From positions 70,060,001-70,124,000 of the forward strand of contig NC_135889.1 in the NCBI RefSeq assembly GCF_964194155.1: DNA of 64,000 nucleotides, written 5' to 3'. Below the pieces are notes generated by a model. The model was given only the letters and a program-made list of their open reading frames with translations. It was not told where the DNA came from and did no database searches. This document shows positions 36,540 to 47,720 of the stretch, piece by piece (position 1 is the first letter of the stretch; every line of letters begins with the position of its first letter). The position numbers and the translations under genes are program-made. Source of the DNA: Cetorhinus maximus (lineage: Eukaryota).

Positions 36540-38325
36540 ATTCATCTTGAAATGCAAACATAACCCCCAACTTATTTTCCCTACTGCCAGCAGCCTTCAT
36601 AAACTCCTCTTCTCTATCTCCTCTACCTCACCTCCAATGACAAGTGATGGATTTCTTTGTCGCAACAGATCGAGACCATTTGACCAGCTGTCTGTGCCTC
36701 TTCTCTCCCATCCCCTAGCCCACTGGGCCAAACTTACTGTAGGGATCCCCCACTCTAGCACTGAACGTGTTTCCTTCTCTAGTTTCTCTGATGTCTCCCC
36801 TCATGCCCTCTCCAAGTTCATCTTGTCAATGAGACCCACCTCCTTTCCTCTCAACCCTATTCCAACTAAACTACGGACCACCCAACTTCCTTTTCTAGCT
36901 CCCATGTTGGCTGACATTGTTAACTTTTCTCTCTCTTCAGGTTCTGTCTTTTCTTCTTATCTGCCATCATTACCACTCTCCTCAGGAACCAACCCCCGAC
37001 CTCTCTATCCTTGCAAACTACTGCCCTATCTCCAACCTCCCTTTCCTTCCAAACTCCTTAAACATGTTATCACCTCCCAAATTTCCCAGAGTTCCATTTT
37101 TGAATTCTTTCAATCATTTCTGTTCCTGCCACAGTACTGAAACAGGTCTTATCAAAGTCACAAATTATATCCTATGTGATTGTGACAAAGGCAAATTAGC
37201 CCTCCTTGACATTTTTTGACCTGCCTGCAGCCGTTGACACAGTTGATCACACCATCCTTTTCCAATTCGTCTCCACTGTCATCCAGCTGAGTGGGACTGC
37301 ATTCACCTGGTCTCTTTTTTTGTTCATTCATAGGTTGCTGGCGTCACTGGCTAGGCCACCATTTATTGCTCATCCCTAATTGTCCTTGCTCAGAGGGCAT
37401 CTAAGAGTCAACCACATTACTGTGGGCCTGGAGTCACATGTAGGCCAGACCAGGTAAAGACAGCAGATTTCCCTCCCTAAAGGACATTAGTGAACCAGAT
37501 GGAGTTTTTTTTAATGACAATCGATGGTGGTTTCATGGTCATCATTAGACTTTTAATTCCAGATATTTTATTGAATTTAAATTCTGCCATCTGCCATGGT
37601 GAGATTCAAACCCAGGTCCCCAGAGCATTACCCTGGGTCTCTGGATTACCAGTCCAGTGACAATACCACTACGTCATCACCTCCCCTATCCCTAGTTCTT
37701 TCTTATCTATCTAATAGTAGCCAGAGTATCATGATTAATGACTTTTCCCATTCCCATACAGTTACCTCTCATGCCCCCTATCCTTGGGCCCTTCTTATTT
37801 CTCATCTACACACTGTCCCCCGGCAACATCATCTGAAAACACAACATCGTTTTCCACATGTATGCTGACGACGCCTAGCTCCATCTCACCACCACCTACA
37901 CTGGTTTCCAGTTAAACAATACCTCGGTTTTAAAATTCTCATCCTTGTTTTCAAATCTCACCAGGGCCTGGCCCCTACCTATCTCTGTAATTTCCTCCAA
38001 CCCTACAACCTTCCAAGATATCTGTGGTCCTTTAATTCTGGTCTCTTGAGATCTCCAATTTAAATTGATCCACCAACTGGGGCCGTGCCTTCAGCTGCTC
38101 ATGGCCTAAGCCCTGGAATTCCCTCCCTAAACTTCTCTCTATCTCACTTTTCCCCTTTAAGAATCCCTTAAAACCTTATTCTTTGACCAAGCTTTTGACC
38201 AGCAGCCCTGATATCTCCTTGTTTAACACAGTATCATATTTTGTTTTATGTGCATTGTGAAGCATCTTAGAATGGTTTACTATGTTAAAGGCATTATATT
38301 TAAATACAAGTTATTGTTGTTGTTG
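36540..38325 (+). mobile_element. L2 LINE 3' portion with SINE insertion
   Basis: NYCPISNLPFL; HSTETGLIKVTN; DLPAAVDTVDH; HMYADD at ~37855; tail aaatacaagttattgttgttgtt. Confidence 0.85.
37314..37687 (-). mobile_element. tRNA-derived SINE (same family as 14557-15011)
   Basis: Reverse complement of the 14557 SINE including head and tail; imperfect TSD cctggtct / cctagttct. Confidence 0.85.
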
Positions 38326-39541
38326 GTTAAGGAATTAAACCTTTGAGCCCGATATTCATGAGGTCTCAGAATAGATATTGACGTCCTATTAACATTCCAA
38401 CAATTTATAGAACAAATCTAGTGCAATATCAGTGGTGAGCATAAGAAATCAATTAACGTTATTTGCTGCAAGATTTGCCAAAGTTGCGATCTCTGGCCTA
38501 ATATATCTAATAATGTGATAATCCTTCAATACTGCAATGAGGTGTTAGATTATGTACTGATGCCTTGAAGTTGGACTTGAATTTATGCCTTCCAACCCCT
38601 AAATCTTCATATATTACTCTGTATACTAGATTAAGACATTTTTATTATAGACTATATATTTTTATCTATTTTCATGTTGGGGTTGGGGCTGATTTAAAGA
38701 AAATATTTATATTATTGCCTCTTTCTCATTTTACATACAATTGCCCTTATTTTCTGTATTTCACTCATTGCTTCTCCAGCAGTCTTATTACCTTGAGACT
38801 GCAGACTGGATTTTATGTGCACCCCCCCCCCCAACCACGCTGCACTCCCCCCACCTCTGTTAAGCTCAGGTCTACATTTTATTTTGAATACCCATTTGGG
38901 GGATTGATTAGTAATTGACCAGTCTGCTGGGAGACATTTTCTAGAATTTAGGTTGAGAAAGTGTGATTTCCAAAGTGTGACAGCAGAATGTACCTTTTTT
39001 ATAATGTACTAGCAAATCCTCAATGGTGTTATTCACTGTGAGTCAGAGGATATACTGTTTTATAACAATCAGGATATTATCAACAAGCGCAATGGGAAAA
39101 ATGCAAGTGAAAGTGTCACAGGAAGTAAGTGTGGTGCTTTCAAAATGCTTGCTCTACATGCAACACTTGTAATATATTGCTAGTTGATTTCCCAAATTGC
39201 GCAGAGGTGGATTTTATGTTTATACAATAGTGTAAAATATGTGCTAGCAAGTCCTAATTTTTTATTTCCATTGACTTCAAAAAATTTTCACAGAATAGAA
39301 AATATAGGGATGCATCTTTGAAGCTGTAAAAGAAAAAACAGATGGTATTCAGCATTTGGGCATTCAATACAAAGACAAGGTAACAAAGTTGAATTTGTAC
39401 AAGTCAGTTGTTAGGCCACAGTTGGATTACATGTATTTGACTCTCCATTATAGGAAGAATATTAGAACAATAGAAATGCTTTTTACATTGAAGATTCACA
39501 AGAATGTTTCAAGGAATGATAAATGGCTTTAAGAATAGTGA

Positions 39542-40279
39542 AAAAACAAAAACAGAATTACCTGGAAAAACTCAGCAGGTCTGGCAGCATCAGCGGAGAA
39601 GAAAAGAGTTGACGTTTCGAGTCCTCATGACCCTTCAACAGAACTGAGTAATATTAGGAGAGCGGTGAAATATAAGCTGGTTTAAGGTGGGGGGTGGGTG
39701 GGGGGAGAGAAGTTGGGGGGGTGGGGGTGGTTGTAGGGACAAGCAAGCAGTGATAGGAGCAGATAATCAAAAGATGTCACAGACAAAGGAACAAAGAGGT
39801 GTTGAAGGTGGTGATGTTATCTAAGAAAATGTGCTAATTAAGAATGGATGGCAGGACACTCAAGGTACAGCGCTAGTGGGGGTGGGGTGGAAAGACTGAC
39901 AGGGCATTACAGGTATAGATTTAAAAATAATGGAAATAGGTGGGAAAAGAAAAATCTATATAAATTATTGGAAAAAACAAAAGGGAGGGGGAAGCAAAGG
40001 AAAGGGGGTGGGGATGGAGGAGGGAGTTCAAGATCTAAAGTTGTTGAATTCAATATTCAGTCCGGAAGGCTGTAAAGTGTCTAGTCGGAAGATGAGGTGC
40101 TGTTCCTCCAGTTTGCGTTGGGCTTCACTGGAACAATGCAGCAAGCCAAGGACAGACATGTGGGTAAGAGAGCAGGGTGGCATGTTAAAATGGCAAGCGA
40201 CAGGGAGGTTTGGGTCTTTCTTGCGGACAGACCGCAGGTGTTCTGCAAAGCGGTCGCCCAGTTTACGTTTGGTCTCTCC
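39542..40279 (-). mobile_element. Penelope 3' fragment (GIY-YIG C-terminus and pLTR)
   Basis: Very similar to 4670-5405; TSD aatagtga (39534-39541, 40280-40287). Confidence 0.92.
39606..39646 (-). ncRNA. Minimal hammerhead ribozyme motif (variant core CUGUUGA)
   Basis: Minus strand cagtt-CTGTTGA-a-GGGTC-atgag-GACTC-GAAAC-GTC-aact. Confidence 0.7.
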
Positions 40280-41834
40280 AATAGTGACCTCATACAGGAT
40301 TATATGGAATGCTTTATCACAAGCGATGAATGAAGCAGGAACTATAACAGCATCTAAAATGGAGTTAAATGGAATTTAATAACTATTTTAAAAGAAAAAA
40401 GTGAAAGGACAGTTAAATGTGATTTGATTGGACAGCTCCTGGTGAAGAACTAGTACTAACATAGACACAAGGATGACCATCTTCTGAGTTGCAAATTTTA
40501 TAATTTTAATGTTAAGTAGCCACATATTGATTTGATGAGAGAAACTTCAGCTACACCAATAATTATGCCTTTGGTCAGTCCACCAAAATTTTCTATTCAT
40601 GGCAACTTTAAGGTTAGTATAAATTTCAATTTCTTCTCAGTTTAGTTTTTGGCTTTTCCTTTTTCTCATCCTACCTGGCCATTTAACAAGCCGTAATGGA
40701 GTTTCTTAAGAAGCTTTAGATCATGTGTTATTTACAGAATAACCCTTAACCCATCCTCTCCCCTCCTTGGGTTGGACAAATTTGTATTAGGAACCAAATA
40801 CAGTTTGTTAATATAAATGCATTACAAACAAATAATTTCCTTTTATTGTCTAAGAAATAAATTGCTTCAAATAGCTACACATGATTAAGCACATCATACA
40901 CATCATCATATCTAAGACTAAAGCATAAGGTCTGGCTTTACTGAACTTGTTAATTCTATTTGGACCAAGTGAAATAGCAGAGAAGAAAAACAAATAGATT
41001 TAGGCCCCTCCCATTAACTCTCATTGACAGTAATATTTCTCCCATTAGGTCATTAATGGAAAAATGCAACCTTTTCTGATGATATGGGAGCCATTAACAT
41101 AGATATACTGGAAAACAGTCAAGTAGCTTCTGAGAGCCATTTGTACCTGGATGGCTCAAGGACAGAAACTTATCAAGGTATGGTTGAGCCCCTTTTCTTT
41201 GGCTACCCATCCTAAAAAGACAATGGTCCATTCCACAAAATATACATTTGTTTAAATAGGCCATCTGCAATTGATTAACCCAGGAGCTACCAATCGATAA
41301 TTATTACTCAAACCCTGAGGACATAGTGTAACCTAATCTTGTGTAGATTGGCATTTGACTGGAGCTGAAATGTAATTCCCATGTGATTCGTTATACCCAG
41401 AGCAGAAGTTTAAAATGCAAATCGCCCTGTTTACAGTGTGACTTAGAGCCTCAAAATACCATTACCAAATTGCCTATGATAACCAAAAATGTTTAAGCTG
41501 TCCACTTTGTAGGTTTCCAGTTGTTACTTCTTATGACAGGAAAGCCTGTGTCCTTGGCATGATAGAAAGTAACAGCTCATTTCAATTCATTAGGTAGAAG
41601 AAGTGCAAGCTGCTATAATGGAAAAAGATCATTTACATATCCTGATACTTGCTAATATCACTTTCTAATCAGCTTTCACTGTTAGCACATTTAGAATATT
41701 TTCTTGCCTAGAGCATGAGACCAACTTAATTATTGCATATCATTTGACTTCTCTGTTTTCTCGTGTTGATGGTGATAAGTAACCCGGAGGATTGCCATTA
41801 GTTTTCTTGAGACAATGCAACAGTTTATTGAATA

Positions 41835-41931
41835 TGAAAACAAAAATAGCTAGAAAAACTCAGCAGGTCTGACAGCACCCGTGGAGAGGAAGACAGAGTT
41901 AACATTTCGAGTCCGTATGACTCTTCATCAG
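41835..41931 (-). mobile_element. 97-bp Penelope pLTR insertion containing a canonical hammerhead core
   Basis: 13-bp TSD agtttattgaata (41822-41834, 41932-41944); minus strand CTGATGA-a-GAGTC-atacg-GACTC-GAAAT-GTT-aactc. Confidence 0.85.
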
Positions 41932-41974
41932 AGTTTATTGAATAGGTTGATTGTGTTTTTTTCTGTTTCAATTC

Positions 41975-44310
41975 TTACTCCAATATGGATGATAAGCTAT
42001 CTACAAAACAGAAGACAGAAGTTAAAGTTTATTACTCAGATTGGCAAAAGGTGGGAAGTGGTGTTCCACAAGGACCGGTGCTGGGACCATTGTTGTTCAC
42101 CATTTCCATAAACTTTTTGGATTCAGGGTTTTTAAAATATTATTTGTTCATAGGATGTGGGGTTTTGTCGCAAGGCCAGCATTTATTATGTGTCCCTGAG
42201 TCCCCTTGAGTAGGTGGTGGTGAGCTGCCTCCTTGAGCAATTGCAGCCCGTGTGGTGTAGGTACTCCATAGTGCTGTTAAGTAGGGAGTTACAGGATTTT
42301 GACCCAGCGATGATGAAGGAATGACAAAATATTTCCAAGTTAGGATACTGTGTGACTTGGAGTGGAAGTTGCAGCTGGTGGTATTCCCATTTGTCTTTTT
42401 CCCTTCTCTCTCAAGTATCAGCAGTCCAGAGTTTGGAAGGTGCTGTCGAAGAAGCTTTGGCAAATCGCTGCGGTGCATCTTTTAGATGCCACACACTGCA
42501 GCAACTGTGTGTCAGTAGTGGAGGAGTGAATATTGTGCAGAAAGTACAATTTGAAAATTTCTTCATGACACCAAATTTAGGGTGGAGGAGGCTGGAGTGT
42601 AGAGGAATGCAATAAAATGCAGGAAGACATTAATAAACACAGTATGGTTGTGTGATTGATAAATGAACTTTAATATGCAAGTGTGACATGGTGCATTTTG
42701 GTAGTAAGAATAGGGAAGGCATATGTTCCTTGGAAAATGGCAAATGTCAAAATGGAGTTAAGGAACAGAGAACTCTGGGGATTCAGAAACATAAATCGCT
42801 AAAAGTAGCAACATAAGTTATTGCGACCATTAAAAAGCAAACAAAACACTTGGAGGAGAATTTTCCCCCCGTTGGGGGGGGTTGGGCAGAGGCGGACCCA
42901 ATCAGCGCCCCCGATCGGGTCCACCCCACCATTTTGCATGGGCTGGCCAATTAAGGCGAACTGTGACATGTGCCCGGAAGCGCTGAGCGCTCCCTGTGCA
43001 GGCGGGGTGGTGGTTTCCCTAAGTCGGGGCCGCATGCGCGCAAAAGTGCGCAGAAATTTGTGCCTCAGGGAGGTTAGTTTAAGTTTTAAAAATTTAAATA
43101 AAGAAAAGAAAAAAATTTAAGACATGTCCCCTCATGTGACAGTGTCACATGAGCTGGGACATGTCAATGAATTTTTATAAAAATTTTTATTCAATTTATA
43201 AACATTTCATGAAACTTCATCCAGCCCGTGGATGAGGTTCCATGAAAAATGCGAAGGCAACCTGGGCTCTGCGCCTGCCCACAAACCTTAAGGTTGGTCA
43301 GGCAGCTCAGTTTATTGGTTTAATTAGTTTTTAAATGGCCTTAATAGGCCTTTGACAGTTTGGCGGGCGCGCAGCCAACTCGGCTGCATGCCCGACGAAC
43401 TGAAATCTAAATGACACGCGATGACGTCGGGACGCATGCCCAACGTCACTGTGCGTCATTTTACGCCTTGGCAAGCAGGCCCCGCCCCCACTCGCCGAAC
43501 CAAAAATTCTAGCCTTGGTTTCATCTCTGGAGATAGAATTAAAATGCAGAGAAGTTACGTTAAACTTATATAGAGCATTGGTTTGACCACACTTGGAGTA
43601 TTATAAACAGTTTGGGATATAGAAGCACCAGAGAAGGTCCAAAAAGAATTCAGGAGAATGATATCAAAGTTGTGAGATTATATCTGTCAGGAAAGATTGA
43701 ACAGACTGGGCCTCTTCTCTCTAGAACTGATAGTGGCCTATAAGATTATGAAAGGATTTGATAGGGTAAACATGGAGAAAATGTTTCCACTTTTGGGCTA
43801 GACCATCATAGAAGCTATAAATGTAAGACAGCCATTAATAAATCCAAAAGGAAAATCAGGAGAAGTTTCTTTACCCAGAGATTAGTTAGAATGCTACCAC
43901 AGAGACTAGATACAGTCAATAGCCTAGATTCGTTTATGGGGAAGTTAGATGAACACATAAAAGAAAAAGGAATAGAAGAATATGGAACTCGCTAACTCAG
44001 GGAATGGTTAAGGGAAAAGTATAAATGCACTTAAAGAAAAACTTGACAAGCATATGAAGTAGAAGGGTTACAATGATAGATTTAGATGAGAAAAGATGAG
44101 AGGAGGCTTGAGTGGAGCATAAACACCAGCATGGACTGGTTAGGCCAAATGGCCTGTCTTTGTTCTATGTATATTCTATGTAATCCGATGTTATGTATTG
44201 AAACAGTTAGTTGAAGAAAGGTTGGAGGAGACTAGTGTGGAATACTATCATTGGTGTGGACTGGTAGGGCTGAATGGCCTTTTCCTGTGATTATAAATAC
44301 TATGTGATGT
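41975..44310 (+). mobile_element. Degenerate CR1 (RT to 3' tail) with nested LINE (42138-42530), MITE (42853-43514) and a second CR1 tail (~43985-44195)
   Basis: WQKVGSGVPQGPVLGPLLF; KANKTL|GFIS is rejoined across the MITE; FFTQR. Confidence 0.8.
42853..43514. mobile_element. Harbinger-type MITE with internal palindromes
   Basis: TSD ttg/ttg; termini gaggagaattt / aaattctagcc; hairpins at 43121-43165 and 43204-43248. Confidence 0.88.
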
Positions 44311-44999
44311 GATTGAAGAAAATACTAAGTAATTTTCACAATAAATATTCCAGTGATTTATTGTAACTATTTACAAAAAAAATTATTTGGTTTTGTCACT
44401 ATGCGCACTCCCTGTGACCATATGAGCTTATCTTCACACTATTCTAACATTTCTTCTACATGTTTTCTTTGATGTAATGCTATGTAATACTATCTACTAT
44501 CGTAAATGCAAAAATGCTATGCAGTGCTATGTAATCTAAGTTCCCTGACCATCCCATTCATCCCATTCCTCTTTTCTATGTGATTGAGCTTTAACTTTTC
44601 CTCCTTTTATCTATATTTCTTTGCAGCCACGTTCAAATGCTCTTTAGTCACACCTATCCATTGGCTTCCTCCTCACCACTGTTTCTGTCCTCAGACATTC
44701 TTTCCATCGAAGAGCTGGGTGATTTTCAATTCATTGATTCTATTGGGAGGGATGTGGGTGGTGTAATCCTGCTGTCCACCAGTGGAATTGGGTAAAAGCC
44801 CTGACCAATTTACATGTGTGGGCCTTATTTCCAATATTCCAATGAATTGTGAGCACTGAAGCAGTGTTCACAAGTAGGTCACTGGAAACTCTTTGGGAGG
44901 GCAAGGTGGAAGTAGAAACTTGGGTGTGCTCGGGGCCTGCCTCCTCACCCTACCCATAGTAAAAAATCATGGCACTTTGCCGTGGCTCATTGAATAATT

Positions 45000-45480
45000 G
45001 CCAAGGGCCTACCTTTGTCATCAAACAAGATTTGATTCTGAGTCCCATAAAGAGATATTAGAACAAGTGATAAGATGGGTTTTAAGGGGTGGTTTAAAGG
45101 AGAAGTGGTAGGTGGGGGAATTTATGGACGGAAATCTAGAATATAAGTACTAAGCAGCTGAAGGCTCAGCCACCAATAATGGAGCAAACAGATAGAAAAG
45201 AGTCAGTTGTCAGAGGAATGGAGAGTTCAGGGGATGTTCTAGAGCTGCAGGAGAGTGCAGAGTTCAGGAGAAGTGAGGCCAAGAAGGGACTTCAACATGA
45301 AGCATTGGGGAACTGGAACCAGTGTAAGTCAGTGAGGATAGGGATGTTGGGCAATTAGGACTTGATGCCTGATAAGATCCTGGGAACAGATTTTTGGATG
45401 AGCTGAAGTCTACAGAGGATAGAGGAGGGGAGGCTGGCAAAGAAAGGATTGGAATAGCCAAGGCGGGAAGTGACAAAGAC
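45000..45480 (-). mobile_element. Degenerate L2 3' fragment
   Basis: Minus-strand FVTSRLGYSNPFFASLPSSILCRLQLIQKSVPRILS. Confidence 0.7.
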
Positions 45481-45578
45481 ATATAATAATAAAATGGTTA
45501 CAGCACTGAAGAGGAACATTCGGCCCATCGTGCCCTTGTCAGCTCTTTGCCAAAGCAGCTCAGCTAGTCCTACCCTCT

Positions 45579-46805
45579 GGGCGGAATCAGGTTTGCACTG
45601 TGCGTGGTAGTGAGTGGGAAAATGACATTTTACCCGCCGGCCGCAATGGTGGGTTTTCGTGCCGTATCGTCCGCTTCCCACCTCATTAATTATGCAGCTA
45701 CAGGAAATACGCCGTCTCGCTGAATTGCTCACCACACCGTTACCTCACATTTCCTCGCTCCGAGTATCATATCTAAACTGCAGCCGTGTCCACACTTCTC
45801 AATGCTTGGAAGCCCAGGACTGCTCCAGTGAAAGCCAAGAAGAGTTCAGTGACCCATCACTGTAATGCCTTTTGGAGGCCTGCTGCGATGTCCTCCACCC
45901 TTGCTCTAGCCACCGGAGGTCCAGCAATCTCACTACTCCAGCTTGAGTGGTGGTCAGTGCCAATGCTGCACAGAAGAGGTTGACCATCCAGTGCAGAAAA
46001 ATGATGAATGATCTCATCCATGCAACCAGAGTAAAGCAACCATCTCATCACTCTAAACTCTCACACTCATAAGGCCATCACACATTCACTGGCATCTCAC
46101 TCACTGTCAAATCAAGGGACATCACCACCCACTCTCTCACACACACCCTCACATCTTTATCTGGCCTCATCTCCTCTGGACACTACCTCCTCAGCCCTCA
46201 CCGCCTTGAGGTCACTTGCACAGATCAACATGTGCCCCCACACACACCCTGGGATGCCCCTGCTTCCCCAGTATAGTCCTCAACCTGCAGCCTTATCCCT
46301 TGCCTGAGGCCACTTCTCCTGCTTCCCCAAGCAAACCCGAGCCTGCAGCCGTTGAAAAGCCTTATGACTGATCTGGTAGGTAGAGACCTAACCGTGAGCC
46401 CCCCTAAAAGTGATGTGGTGCTGCCTGCGAAGCCTGGTGTTGATGACTTCGAGTGCTGCTTGAAGCAGGATAGGCAAACAAACCTTGAAGTCCTGAGCGA
46501 AGTGCAGCTCGCCAGATACACGTCACTGATGTATAGTTGTGAAACACATCGGCGTGCAATCACACTGATGTGCCCGTATGATCCAGCGTGGATTCTGGCG
46601 AGCAGGGCTTATAATGAGATGCTAAATATTGAAGTTAGATTCCAGACATGTGGCTGCAGGAAACGCAGCCCACCATTAACAGGTGGTGTGACAATTGCAA
46701 ATTGATTTTACGATGGTATAGGACTGATTTTTGATCTTCTCACCATATTGTCTGCTCACACCCGCCATGACGCCCGCTGCCAAAGGGAGCAGACTATTCC
46801 ACCCC
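45579..46805 (+). mobile_element. Non-autonomous Harbinger with Myb exon-1 remnant, inserted into a reverse CR1 tail (45490-45578 and 46806-46845)
   Basis: TIR gggcggaat / attccaccc; ctg on both flanks; QCRKMMNDL at ~45990; left end homologous to 16718. Confidence 0.85.
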
Positions 46806-47624
46806 CTGTCTTTACTCCCATAGCCTTGTAAATGTTTACTTTTCCTTAGAAATTTCTTACTGCTTGCAGGTCAGTGTAAACTGAAAGTATGGAATGATCC
46901 CTGCACCTGAACAGGTAGTCCCAAGGCACCTCTGATATTGAGCCTCATTTAAATGCTCCCAGTGAGCTAAAAACACAGGTTTGTCATTCCCAAGTGGCTC
47001 ACTGCTCGAGAATTTTCTGAATTCAGTGGCTCTTAGGTCATTAAAGGAGAAGGGTTACAAATGGAAGGGGGTAATCGGGAGGTCAGGACTTCAGAACAAA
47101 GGACAGTCGGGATAACAGAACTGGGAGTGGGATAATGGAAGGTTGGGGGCAATCTAGAAGAGGATAATTCAGAAGTTCAGATCAAAGGACAATTGAGATA
47201 CCTGGACAGTGAGGACTGACAGTGGCTTGCAATTTTAATGTGGGGTTTCGGAGGGGCACTAAGTGTTTTTAACAAACTTAATTTTGCGGTATCCTGTGGT
47301 TAGGCCACATGATAACCCAATTTTGCACAGGTCGACTCAAACAGGCATTAGACTCCTTATTTGCAAACACAAAGGGGCAATTACCCGTTTTAGACATGGG
47401 CTCTGGATGCCAATTGTTTTGCATATACCGATACAGCAGGCTTCTGGTTCATATTGTGCATGCACATCCTGACCCCTCTCCCTTCATATTGAAGATTTAG
47501 GCGACTGTTTAATGGGTGCGGCAGCAATAAGTTTCAAGGTCAATGTCGTAAATTCCCCCAATTCAAGCCAGTCTTATCCTTCCCTCCTTCGGCTTTCATG
47601 CATTAATGCCTTTAATTTCTTCCT

Positions 47625-47720
47625 GTATCTGATCCGAATATTCCACAGATGCTGACTGAGCTGCTGATTGTTTTCAGCATTTCATGTTCTTAAACTTCCA
47701 GTGTTTGCCATTTTTTATTT
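47625..47720 (+). mobile_element. Old Penelope pLTR tail remnant
   Basis: ccacagatgctgactgagctgctga..gttttcagcattt resembles the reverse complement of the 41835 tail. Confidence 0.5.

Larger units (their letters stand above)
39300..40500 (+). mobile_element. Old CR1 3' fragment hosting a Penelope insertion
   Basis: LYKSVVRPQLDY-like at ~39395; agaatagtgacctcata (R-x-D-L-I) is rejoined when the insertion is removed. Confidence 0.6.

Noticed and set aside
36481-37140. 219-aa ORF
   Set aside because: Frameshift mosaic of L2 ORF2 and a CT-rich flank
41103-41178. Possible micro-exon ending AAG|gtatgg
   Set aside because: No polypyrimidine tract before the acceptor and an unrecognised peptide
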